Shown here: one piece after another, positions 40,774 through 53,500 of the stretch | Layout: the number at the start of each line of letters is the position of its first letter | How positions within the stretch are numbered: position 1 is the stretch's first letter | DNA from: the human T2T-CHM13v2.0 reference genome, Homo sapiens | Assembly (NCBI RefSeq): GCF_009914755.1 | Contig: NC_060943.1 | Strand: one strand, 5' to 3' | Length of the DNA: 64,000 nucleotides | Position numbers and translations under genes: made by a program | Notes under the pieces: generated by a model | The model's database searches: none | Told to the model about the DNA's origin: nothing | The model's input: only the letters and a program-made list of their open reading frames with translations

Positions 40774-43053
40774 CAGCCGCTTTGAGTTCAATGGTAGAAT
40801 AGGAAATATCTTCCTGTAGAAACTAGACAGAATGATTCTCAGAAACTCCTTTGTGATGTGTGCGTTCAACTCACAGAGTTCAACCTTTCTTTTCATAGAG
40901 TAGTTGGGAAACACTCTGTTTGTAAAGTCTGCAAGTGGATATTCACACTTCTTTGAGGCCTTCGTTGGAAGCGGGATTTCTTCATGTTCTGCTAGACAGA
41001 AGAATTCTCAGTAACTGCCTTGTGTTGTGTGTATTCAACTCACAGAGTTGAACGATCCTTTACACAGAGCAGACTTGAAACACTCCTTTTGTGGAATTTG
41101 CAAGTGGAGATTTCAGCCGCTTTGAGGTCAATGGTAGAATAGGAAATATCTTCCTATAGAAACTAGACAGAATGATTCTCAGAAACTCCTTTGTGATGTG
41201 TGCGTTCAACTCACAGAGTTTAACCTTTCTTTTCATAGAGCAGTTAGGAAACACTCTGTTTGTAAAGTCTGCAAGTGGATATTCAGACATCCTTGAGGCT
41301 TTCGTTGGAAACGGGATTTCTTCATATTCTGCCAGAAAGAAGAATTCTCAGTAACTTCCTTGTGTTGTGTGTATTCAACTCACAGAGTTGAACGATCCTT
41401 TACACAGAGCAGACTTGAAACACTCTTTTTGTGGAATTTGCAAGTGGAGATTTCAGCCGCTTTGAGGTCAATGGTAGAATAGGAAATATCTTCCTATAGA
41501 AACTAGACAGAATGATTCTCAGAAACTCCTTTGTGATGTGTGCGTTCAACTCACAGAGTTTAACCTTTCTTTTCATAGAGCAGTTGGGAAACACTCTGTT
41601 TGTAAAGTCTGCAAGTGGATATTCAGACCTCCTTGAGGCCTTCGTTGGAAGCGGGATTTCTTCATGTTCTGCTAGACAGAAGAATTCTCAGAAACTTCCT
41701 TGTGTTGTGTGTTTTCAACTCACAGAGTTGAACGATCCTTTACACAGAGCAGACTTGAAACACTCCTTTTGTGGAATTTGCAAGTGGAGATTTCAGCCGC
41801 TTTGAGGTCAATGGTAGAAAAGGAAATATCTTCGTATAAAAACTAGACAGAATGATTCTCAGAAACTCCTTTGTGATGTGTGCGTTCAACTCACAGATTT
41901 TAACCTTTCTTTTCATAGAGCAGTTAGGAAACACTCTGTTTGTAAAGTCTGCAAGTGGATATTCAGACCTCCTTGAGGCCTTCGTTGGAAACGGGATTTC
42001 TTCATATTATGCTAGACAGAAGAATTCTCAGTAACTTCCTTGTGTTGTGTGTATTCAACTCACAGAGTTGAACGATCCTTTACACAGAGCAGACTTGAAA
42101 CACTCTTTTTGTGGAATTTGCAAGTGGAGATTTCAGCCGCTTTGAGGTCAATGGTAGAATAGGAAATATCTTCCTATAGAAACTAGACAGAATGATTCTC
42201 AGAAACTCCTTTGTGATGTGTGCGTTCAACTCACACAGTTTAACCTTTCTTTTCATAGAGCAGTTAGGAAACACTCTGTTTGTAAAGTCTGCAAGTGGAT
42301 ATTCAGACCTCCTTGAGGCATTCGTTGGAAACGGGATTTCTTCATATTATGCTAGACAGAAGAATTCTCAGTAACTTCTTGTGGTGTGTGTATTCAACTC
42401 ACAGAGTTGAACGATCCTTTACACAGAGCAGACTTGAAACACTCTTTTTGTGGAATTTGCAAGTGGAGATTTCAGCCGCTTTGAGTTCAATGGTAGAATA
42501 GGAAATATCTTCCTGTAGAAACTAGACAGAATGATTCTCAGAAACTCCTTTGTGATGTGTGCGTTCAACTCACAGAGTTCAACCTTTCTTTTCATAGAGC
42601 AGTTGGGAAACACTCTGTTTGTAAAGTCTGCAAGTGGATATTCACACTTCTTTGAGGCCTTCGTTGGAAGCGGGATTTCTTCATGTTCTGCTAGACAGAA
42701 GAATTCTCAGTAACTGCCTTGTGTTGTGTGTATTCAACTCACAGAGTTGAACGATCCTTTACACAGAGCAGACTTGAAACACTCCTTTTGTGGAATTTGC
42801 AAGTGGAGATTTCAGCCGCTTTGAGGTCAATGGTAGAATAGGAAATATCTTCCTATAGAAACTAGACAGAATGATTCTCAGAAACTCCTTTGTGATGTGT
42901 GCGTTCAACTCACAGAGTTTAACCTTTCTTTTCATAGAGCAGTTAGGAAACACTCTGTTTGTAAAGTCTGCAAGTGGATATTCAGACATCCTTGAGGCTT
43001 TCGTTGGAAACGGGATTTCTTCATATTCTGCTAGAAAGAAGAATTCTCAGTAA
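37774..43053 (+). repeat. Run of three 1699-bp 10-monomer higher-order units
   Basis: Markers at 38897, 40596 and 42295 are spaced exactly 1699 bp and carry the linked variants AAAAGG/TTCGTATAAAA, CAGATTT, GGCATTCG, CCTGTAG and TTCACAC. Confidence 0.88.
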
Positions 43054-46000
43054 CTTCCTTGTGTTGTGTGTATTCAACTCACAGAGTTGAACGATCCTTT
43101 ACACAGAGCAGACTTGAAACACTCTTTTTGTGGAATTTGCAAGTGGAGATTTCAGCCGCTTTGAGGTCAATGTTAGAATAGGAAATATCTTCCTATAGAA
43201 ACTAGACAGAATGATTCTCAGAACCTCCTTTGTGATGTGTGCGTTCAAGTCACAGAGTTTAACCTTTCTTTTCATAGAGCAGTTAGGAAACACTCTGTTT
43301 GTAAAGTCTGCAAGTGGATATTCAGACATCCTTGAGGCTTTCGTTGGAAACGGGATTTCTTCATATTCTGCTAGAAAGAAGAATTCTCAGTAACTTCCTT
43401 GTGTTGTGTGTATTCAACTCACAGAGTTGAACGATCCTTTACACAGAGCAGACTTGAAACACTCTTTTTGTGGAATTTGCAAGTGGAGATTTCAGCCGCT
43501 TTGAGGTCAATGGTAGAATAGGAAATATCTTCCTATAGAAACTAGACAGAATGATTCTCAGAAACTCCTTTGTGATGTGTGCGTTCAACTCACAGAGTTT
43601 AACCTTTCTTTTCATAGAGCAGTTGGGAAACACTCTGTTTGTAAAGTCTGCAAGTGGATATTCAGACCTCCTTGAGGCTTTCGTTGGAAACGGGATTTCT
43701 TCATATTCTGCTAGAAAGAAGAATTCTCAGTAACTTCCTTGTGTTGTGTGTATTCAACTCACAGAGTTGAACGATCCTTTACACAGAGCAGACTTGAAAC
43801 ACTCTTTTTGTGGAATTTGCAAGTGGAGATTTCAGCCGCTTTGAGGTCAATGGTAGAATAGGAAATATCTTCCTATAGAAACTAGACAGAATGATTCTCA
43901 GAAACTCCTTTGTGATGTGTGCGTTCAACTCACAGAGTTTAACCTTTCTTTTCATAGAGCAGTTAGGAAACACTCTGTTTGTAAAGTCTGCAAGTGGATA
44001 TTCAGACATCTTTGAGGCCTTCGTTGGAAACGGGATTTCTTCATGTTCTGCTAGACAGAAGAATTCTCAGAAACTTCCTTGTGTTGTGTGTTTTCAACTC
44101 ACAGAGTTGAACGATGCTTTACACAGAGTAGACTTGAAACACTCTTTTTGTGTAATTTGCAAGTGGAGATTTCAGCCGCTTTGAGGTCAATGGTAGAAAA
44201 GGAAATATCTTCGTATAAAAACTAGACAGAATGATTCTCAGAAACTCCTTTGTGATGTGTGCGTTCAACTCACAGAGTTTAACCTTTCTTTTCATAGAGC
44301 AGTTAGGAAACACTCTGTTTGTAAAGTCTGCAAGTGGATATTCAGACCTCCTTGAGGCATTCGTTGGAAACGGGATTTCTTCATATTATGCTAGACAGAA
44401 GAATTCTCAGTAACTTCCTTGTGTTGTGTGTATTCAACTCACAGAGTTGAACGATCCTTTACACAGAGCAGACTTGAAACACTCTTTTTGTGGAATTTGC
44501 AAGTGGAGATTTCAGCCGCTTTGAGGTCAATGGTAGAATAGGAAATATCTTCCTATAGAAACTAGACAGAATGATTCTCAGAAACTCCTTTGTGATGTGT
44601 GCGTTCAACTCACACAGTTTAACCTTTCTTTTCATAGAGCAGTTAGGAAACACTCTGTTTGTAAAGTCTGCAAGTGGATATTCAGACCTCCTTGAGGCAT
44701 TCGTTGGAAACGGGATTTCTTCATATTATGCTAGACAGAAGAATTCTCAGTAACTTCCTTGTGTTGTGTGTATTCAACTCACAGAGTTGAACGATCCTTT
44801 ACACAGAGCAGACTTGAAACACTCTTTTTGTGGAATTTGCAAGTGGAGATTTCAGCCGCTTTGAGTTCAATGGTAGAATAGGAAATATCTTCCTATAGAA
44901 ACTAGACAGAATGATTCTCAGAAACTCCTTTGTGATGTGTGCGTTCAACTCACAGAGTTCAACCTTTCTTTTCATAGAGCAGTTGGGAAACACTCTGTTT
45001 GTAAAGTCTGCAAGTGGATATTCAGACTTCTTTGAGGCCTTCGTTGGAAGCGGGATTTCTTCATGTTCAGCTAGACAGAAGAATTCTCAGAAACTTCCTT
45101 GTGTTGTGTGTTTTCAACTCACAGAGTTGAACGATCCTTTACACAGAGCAGACTTGAAACACTCCTTTTGTGGAATTTGCAAGTGGAGATTTCAGCCGCT
45201 TTGAGGTCAATGGTAGAATAGGAAATATCTTCCTATAGAAACTAGACAGAATGATTCTCAGAAACTCCTTTGTGATGTGTGCGTTCAACTCACAGAGTTT
45301 AACCTTTCTTTTCATAGAGCAGTTAGGAAACACTCTGTTTGTAAAGTCTGCAAGTGGATATTCAGACATCCTTGAGGCTTTCGTTGGAAACGGGATTTCT
45401 TCATATTCTGCTAGAAAGAAGAATTCTCAGTAACTTCCTTGTGTTGTGTGTATTCAACTCACAGAGTTGAACGATCCTTTACACAGAGCAGACTTGAAAC
45501 ACTCTTTTTGTGGAATTTGCAAGTGGAGATTTCAGCCGCTTTGAGTTCAATGGTAGAATAGGAAATATCTTCCTATAGAAACTAGACAGAATGATTCTCA
45601 GAAACTCCTTTGTGATGTGTGCGTTCAACTCACAAAGTTTAACCTTTCTTTTCATAGAGCAGTTGGGAAACACTCTGTTTGTAAAGTCTGCAAGTGGATA
45701 TTCAGACATCCTTGAGGCTTTCGTTGGAAACGGGATTTCTTCATATTCTGCTAGAAAGAAGAATTCTCAGTAACTTCCTTGTGTTGTGTGTATTCAACTC
45801 ACAGAGTTGAACGATCCTTTACACAGAGCAGACTTGAAACACTCTTTTTGTGGAATTTGCAAGTGGAGATTTCAGCCGCTTTGAGTTCAATGGTAGAATA
45901 GGAAATATCTTCCTATAGAAACTAGACAGAATGATTCTCAGAAACTCCTTTGTGATGTGTGCGTTCAACTCACAGAGTTCAACCTTTCTTTTAATAGAGC

Positions 46001-49000
46001 AGTTGGGAAACACTCTGTTTGTAAATTCTGCAAGTGGATATTCAGACTTCTTTGAGGCCTTCGTTGGAAGCGGGATTTCTTCATATTCTGCTAGACAGAA
46101 GAATTCTCAGTAACCTCCTTGTGTTGTGTGTATTCAACTCACAGAGTTGAACGACCCTTTACACAGAGCAGACTTGAAACACTCTTTTTGTGGAATTTGC
46201 AAGTGGAGATTTCAGCCGCTTTGAGGTCAATGGTAGAATAGGAAATATCTTCCTATAGAAACTAGACAGAATGATTCTCAGAAACTCCTTTGTGATGTGT
46301 GCGTTCAACTCACAGAGTTTAACCTTTCTTTTCATAGAGCAGTTAGGAAACACTCTGTTTGTAAAGTCTGCAAGTGGATATTCAGACATCCTTGAGGCTT
46401 TCGTTGGAAACGGGATTTCTTCATGTTCTGCTAGACAGAAGAATTCTCAGTAACTGCCTTGTGTTGTGTATATTCAACTCACAGAGTTGAACGATCCTTT
46501 ACACAGAGCAGACTTGAAACACTCCTTTTGTGGAATTTGCAAGTGGAGATTTCAGCCGCTTTGAGGTCAATGGTAGAATAGGAAATATCTTCCTATAGAA
46601 ACTAGACAGAATGATTCTCAGAAACTCCTTTGTGATGTGTTCGTTCAACTCACAGAGTTTAACCTTTCTTTTCATAGAGCAGTTAGGAAACACTCTGTTT
46701 GTAAAGTCTGCAAGTGGATATTCAGACATCCTTGAGGCTTTCGTTGGAAACGGGATTTCTTCATATTCTGCTAGAAAGAAGAATTCTCAGTAACTTCCTT
46801 GTGTTGTGTGTATTCAGCTCACAGAGTTGAACGATCCTTTACACAGAGCAGACTTGAAACACTCTTTTTGTGGAATTTGCAAGTGGAGATTTCAGCCGCT
46901 TTGAGGTCAATGGTAGAATAGGAAATATCTTCCTATAGAAACTAGACAGAATGATTCTCAGAAACTCCTTTGTGATGTGTGCGTTCAACTCACAGAGTTT
47001 AACCTTTCTTTTCATAGAGCAGTTAGGAAACACTCTGTTTGTAAAGTCTGCAAGTGGATATTCAGACCTCCTTGAGGCCTTCGTTGGAAACGGGATTTCT
47101 TCATATTATGCTAGACAGAAGAATTCTCAGTAACTTCCTTGTGTTGTGTGTATTCAACTCACAGAGTTGAACGATCCTTTACACAGAGCAGACTTGAAAC
47201 ACTCTTTTTGTGGAATTTGCAAGTGGAGATTTCAGCCGCTTTGAGGTCAATGGTAGAATAGGAAATATCTTCCTATAGAAACTAGACAGAATGATTCTCA
47301 GAAACTCCTTTGTGATGTGTGCGTTCAACTCACAGAGTTCAACCTTTCTTTTCATAGAGCAGTTGGGAAACACTCTGTTTGTAAAGTCTGCAAGTGGATA
47401 TTCAGACTTCTTTGAGGCCTTCGTTGGAAGCGGGATTTCTTCATATTCTGCTAGAGAGAAGAATTCTCAGTAACTGCCTTGTGTTGTGTGTATTCAACTC
47501 ACAGAGTTGAACGATCCTTTACACAGAGCAGACTTGAAACACTCTTTTTGTGGAATTTGCAAGTGGAGATTTCAGCCGCTTTGAGGTCAATGGTAGAATA
47601 GGAAATATCTTCCTATAGAAACTAGACAGAATGATTCTCAGAAACTCCTTTGTGATGTGTGCGTTCAACTCACAGAGTTTAACCTTTCTTTTCATAGAGC
47701 AGTTAGGAAACACTCTGTTTGTAAAGTCTGCAAGTGGATATTCAGACCTCCTTGAGGCCTTCGTTGGAAACGGGATTTCTTCATATTATGCTAGACAGAA
47801 GAATTCTCAGTAACTTCCTTGTGTTGTGTGTATTCAACTCACAGAGTTGAACGATCCTTTACACAGAGCAGACTTGAAACACTCTTTTTGTGGAATTTGC
47901 AAGTGGAGATTTCAGCCGCTTTGAGGTCAATGGTAGAATAGGAAATATCTTCCTATAGAAACTAGACAGAATGATTCTCAGAAACTCCTTTGTGATGTGT
48001 GCGTTCAACTCACAGAGTTCAACCTTTCTTTTCATAGAGCAGTTGGGAAACGCTCTGTTTGTAAAGTCTGCAAGTGGATATTCAGACTTCTTTGAGGCCT
48101 TCCTTGGAAGCGGGATTTCTTCATATTCTGCTAGGCAGAAGAATTCTCAGTAACTGCCTTGTGTTGTGTGTATTCAACTCACAGAGTTGAACGATCCTTT
48201 ACACAGAGCAGACTTGAAACACTCTTTTTGTGGAATTTGCAAGTGGAGATTTCAGCCGCTTTGAGGTCAATGGTAGAATAGGAAATATCTTCCTATAGAA
48301 ACTAGACAGAATGATTCTCAGAAACTCCTTTGTGATGTGTGCGTTCAACTCACACAGTTTAACCTTTCTTTTCATAGAGCAGTTAGGAAACACTCTGTTT
48401 GTAAAGTCTGCAAGTGGATATTCAGACCTCCTTGAGGCCTTCGTTGGAAACGGGATTTCTTCATATTATGCTAGACAGAAGAATTCTCAGTAACTTCCTT
48501 GTGTTGTGTGTATTCAACTCACAGAGTTGAACGATCCTTTACACAGAGCAGACTTGAAACACTCTTTTTGTGGAATTTGCAAGTGGAGATTTCAGCCGCT
48601 TTGAGTTCAATGGTAGAATAGGAAATATCTTCCTATAGAAACTAGACAGAATGATTCTCAGAAACTCCTTTGTGATGTGTGCGTTCAACTCACAGAGTTC
48701 AACCTTTCTTTTCATAGAGCAGTTGGGAAACACTCTGTTTGTAAAGTCTGCAAGTGGATATTCAGACTTCTTTGAGGCCTTCGTTGGAAGCGGGATTTCT
48801 TCATATTCTGCTAGACAGAAGAATTCTCAGAAACTTCCTTGTGTTGTGTGTTTTCAACTCACAGAGATGAACGATCCTTTACACAGAGCAGACTTGAAAC
48901 ACTCCTTTTGTGGAATTTGCAAGTGGAGATTTCAGCCGCTTTGAGGTCAATGGTAGAATAGGAAATATCTTCCTATAGAAAGTAGACAGAATGATTCTCA

Positions 49001-50559
49001 GAAACTCCTTTGTGATGTGTGCGTTCAACTCACAGAGTTTAACCTTTCTTTTCATAGAGCAGTTAGGAAACACTCTGTTTGTAAAGTCTGCCAGTGGATA
49101 TTCAGACATCCTTGAGGCCTTCGTTGGAAACGGGATTTCTTCATATTATGCTAGACAGAAGAATTCTCAGTAACTTCCTTGTGTTGTGTGTATTCAACTC
49201 ACAGAGTTGAACGATCCTTTACACAGAGCAGACTTGAAACACTCTTTTTGTGGAATTTGCAAGTGGAGATTTCAGCCGCTTTGAGTTCAATGGTAGAATA
49301 GGAAATATCTTCCTATAGAAACTAGACAGAATGATTCTCAGAAACTCCTTTGTGATGTGTGCGTTCAACTCACAGAGTTCAACCTTTCTTTTCATAGAGC
49401 AGTTGGGAAACACTCTGTTTGTAAAGTCTGCAAGTGGATATTCAGACTTCTTTGAGGCCTTCGTTGGAAGAGGGATTTCTTCATATTCTGCTAGACAGAA
49501 GAATTCTCAGTAACTGCCTTGTGTTGTGTGTATTCAACTCACAGAGTTGAACGATTCTTTACACAGAGCAGACTTGAAACACTCTTTTTGTGGAATTTGC
49601 AAGTGGAGATTTCAGCCGCTTTGAGGTCAATGGTAGAATAGGAAATATCTTCCTATAGAAACTAGACAGAATGATTCTCAGAAACTCCTTTGTGATGTGT
49701 GCGTTCAACTCACAGAGTTTAACCTTTCTTTTCATAGAGCAGTTAGGAAACACTCTGTTTGTAAAGTCTGCAAGTGGATATTCAGACATCCTTGAGGCTT
49801 TCGTTGGAAACGGGATTTCTTCATATTCTGCTAGAAAGAAGAATTCTCAGTAACTTCCTTGTGTTGTGTGTATTCAACTCACAGAGTTGAACGATCCTTT
49901 ACACAGAGCAGACTTGAAACACTCTTTTTGTGGAATTTGCAAGTGGAGATTTCAGCCGCTTTGAGGTCAATGGTAGAATAGGAAATATCTTCCTATAGAA
50001 ACTAGACAGAATGATTCTCAGAAACTCCTTTGTGATGTGTGCGTTCAACTCACAGAGTTTAACCTTTCTTTTCATAGAGCAGTTGGGAAACACTCTGTTT
50101 GTAAAGTCTGCAAGTGGATATTCAGACATCCTTGAGGCTTTCGTTGGAAACGGGATTTCTTCATATTCTGCTAGAAAGAAGAATTCTCAGTAACTTCCTT
50201 GTGTTGTGTGTATTCAACTCACAGAGTTGCACGATCCTTTACACAGAGCAGACTTGAAACACTCTTTTTGTGGAATTTGCAAGTGGAGATTTCAGCCGCT
50301 TTGAGTTCAATGGTAGAATAGGAAATATCTTCCTATAGAAACTAGACAGAATGATTCTCAGAAACTCCTTTGTGATGTGTGCGTTCAACTCACAGAGTTC
50401 AACATTTCTTTTCATAGAGCAGTTGGGAAACACTCTGTTTGTAAAGTCTGCAAGTGGATATTCAGACTTCTTTGAGGCCTTCGTTGGAAGCGGGATTTCT
50501 TCATGTTCTGCTAGACAGAAGAATTCTCAGAAACTTCCTTGTGTTGTGTGTTTTCAACT

Positions 50560-53500
50560 CACAGAGTTGAACGATCCTTTACACAGAGCAGACTTGAAAC
50601 ACTCCTTTTGTGGAATTTGCAAGTGGAGATTTCAGCCGCTTTGAGGTCAATGGTAGAATAGGAAATATCTTCCTATAGAAACTAGACAGAATGATTCTCA
50701 GAAACTCCTTTGTGATGTGTGCGTTCAACTCACAGAGTTCAACCTTTCTTTTCATAGAGCAGTTGGGAAACACTCTGTTTGTAAAGTCAGCAAGTGGATA
50801 TTCAGACTTCTTTGAGGCCTTCGTTGGAAGCGGGATTTCTTCATGTTCTAGACAGAAGAATTCTCAGAAACTTCCTTGTGTTGTGTGTTTTCAACTCACA
50901 GAGTTGAACGATCCTTTACACAGAGCAGACTTGAAACACTCCTTTTGTGGAATTTGCAAGTGGAGATTTCAGCCGCTTTGAGGTCAATGGTAGAATAGGA
51001 AATATCTTCCTATAGAAAGTAGACAGAATGATTCTCAGAAACTCCTTTGTGATGTGTGCGTTCAACTCACAGAGTTTAACCTTTCTTTTCATAGAGCAGT
51101 TAGGAAACACTCTGTTTGTAAAGTCTGCAAGTGGATATTCAGACCTCCTTGAGGCCTTCGTTGGAAACAGGATTTCTTCATATTCTGCTAGACAGAAGAA
51201 TTCTCAGTAACTTCCTTGTGTTGTGTGTATTCAACTCACAGAGTTGAACGATCCTTTACACAGAGCAGACTTGAAACACTCCTTTTGTGGAATTTGCAAG
51301 TGGAGATTTCAGCCGCTTTGAGTTCAATGGTAGAATAGGAAATATCTTCCTATAGAAACTAGACAGAATGATTCTCAGAAACTCCTTTGTGATGTGTGCG
51401 TTCAACTCACAGAGTTTAACCTTTCTTTTCATAGAGCAGTTGGGAAACACTCTGTTTGTAAAGTCTGCAAGTGGATATTCAGACTTCTTTGAGGCCTTCG
51501 TTGGAAGCGGGATTTCTTCATATTCTGCTAGACAGAAGAATTCTCAGTAACTGCCTTGTGTTGTGTGTATTCAACTCACAGAGTTGAACGATCCTTTACA
51601 CAGAGCAGACTTGAAACACTCTTTTTGTGGAATTTGCAAATGGAGATTTCAGCCGCTGTGAGGTCAATGGTAGAATAGGAAATATCTTCCTATAGAAACT
51701 AGACAGAATGATTCTCAGAAACTCCTTTGTGATGTGTGCGTTCAACTCACAGAGTTCAACCTTTCTTTTCATAGAGCAGTTGGGAAACACTCTGTTTGTA
51801 AAGTCTGCAAGTGGATATTCAGACTTCTTTGAGGCCTTCGTTGGAAGCGGGATTTCTTCATATTCTGCTAGACAGAAGAATTCTCAGTAACTGCCTTGTG
51901 TTGTGTGTATTCAACTCACAGAGTTGAACGATCCTTTACACAGAGCAGACTTGAAACACTCTTTTTGTGGAATTTGCAAGTGGAGATTTCAGCCGCTTTG
52001 AGGTCAATGGTAGAATAGGAAATATCTTCCTATAGAAACTAGACAGAATGATTCTCAGAAACTCCTTTGTGATGTGTGCGTTCAACTCACAGAGTTTAAC
52101 CTTTCTTTTCATAGAGCAGTTAGGAAACACTCTGTTTGTAAAGTCTGCAAGTGGATATTCAGACATCCTTGAGGCTTTCGTTGGAAACGGGATTTCTTCA
52201 TATTCTGCTAGAAAGAAGAATTCTCAGTAACTTCCTTGTGTTGTGTGTATTCAACTCACAGAGTTGAACGATCCTTTACACAGAGCAGACTTGAAACACT
52301 CTTTTTGTGGAATTTGCAAGTGGAGATTTCAGCCGCTTTGAGGTCAATGGTAGAATAGGAAATATCTTCCTATAGAAACTAGACAGAATGATTCTCAGAA
52401 ACTCCTTTGTGATGTGTGCGTTCAACTCACACAGTTTAACCTTTCTTTTCATAGAGCAGTTAGGAAACACTCTGTTTGTAAAGTCTGCAAGTGGATATTC
52501 AGACCTCCTTGAGGCCTTCGTTGGAAACGGGATTTCTTCATATTATGCTAGACAGAAGAATTCTCAGTAACTTCCTTGTGTTGTGTGTATTCAACTCACA
52601 GAGTTGAACGATCCTTTACACAGAGCAGACTTGAAACACTCTTTTTGTGGAATTTGCAAGTGGAGATTTCAGCCGCTTTGAGGTCAATGGTAGAATAGGA
52701 AATATCTTCCTATAGAAACTAGACAGAATGATTCTCAGAAACTCCTTTGTGATGTGTGCGTTCAACTCACACAGTTTAACCTTTCTTTTCATAGAGCAGT
52801 TAGGAAACACTCTGTTTGTAAAGTCTGCAAGTGGATATTCAGACCTCCTTGAGGCATTCTTTGGAAACGGGATTTCTACATATTATGCTAGACAGAAGAA
52901 TTCTCAGTAACTTCCTTGTGTTGTGTGTATTCAACTCACAGAGTTGAACGATCCTTTACACAGAGCAGACTTGAAACACTCTTTTTGTGGATTTTGCAAG
53001 TGGAGATTTCAGCCGCTTTGAGTTCAATGGTAGAATAGGAAATATCTTCCTATAGAAACTAGACAGAATGATTCTCAGAAACTCCTTTGTGATGTGTGCG
53101 TTCAACTCACAGAGTTCAACCTTTCTTTTCATAGAGCAATTGGGAAACACTCTGTTTGTAAAGTCTGCAAGTGGATATTCAGACTTCTTTGAGGCCTTCG
53201 TTGGAAGCGGGATTTCTTCATGTTCAGCTAGACAGAAGAATTCTCAGAAACTTCCTTGTGTTGTGTGTTTTCAACTCACAGAGTTGAACGATCCTTTACA
53301 CAGAGCAGACTTGAAACACTCCTTTTGTGGAATTTGCAAGTGGAGATTTCAGCCGCTTTGAGGTCAATGGTAGAATAGGAAATATCTTCCTATAGAAACT
53401 AGACAGAATGATTCTCAGAAACTCCTTTGTGATGTGTGCGTTCAACTCACAGAGTTTAACCTTTCTTTTCATAGAGCAGTTAGGAAACACTCTGTTTGTA

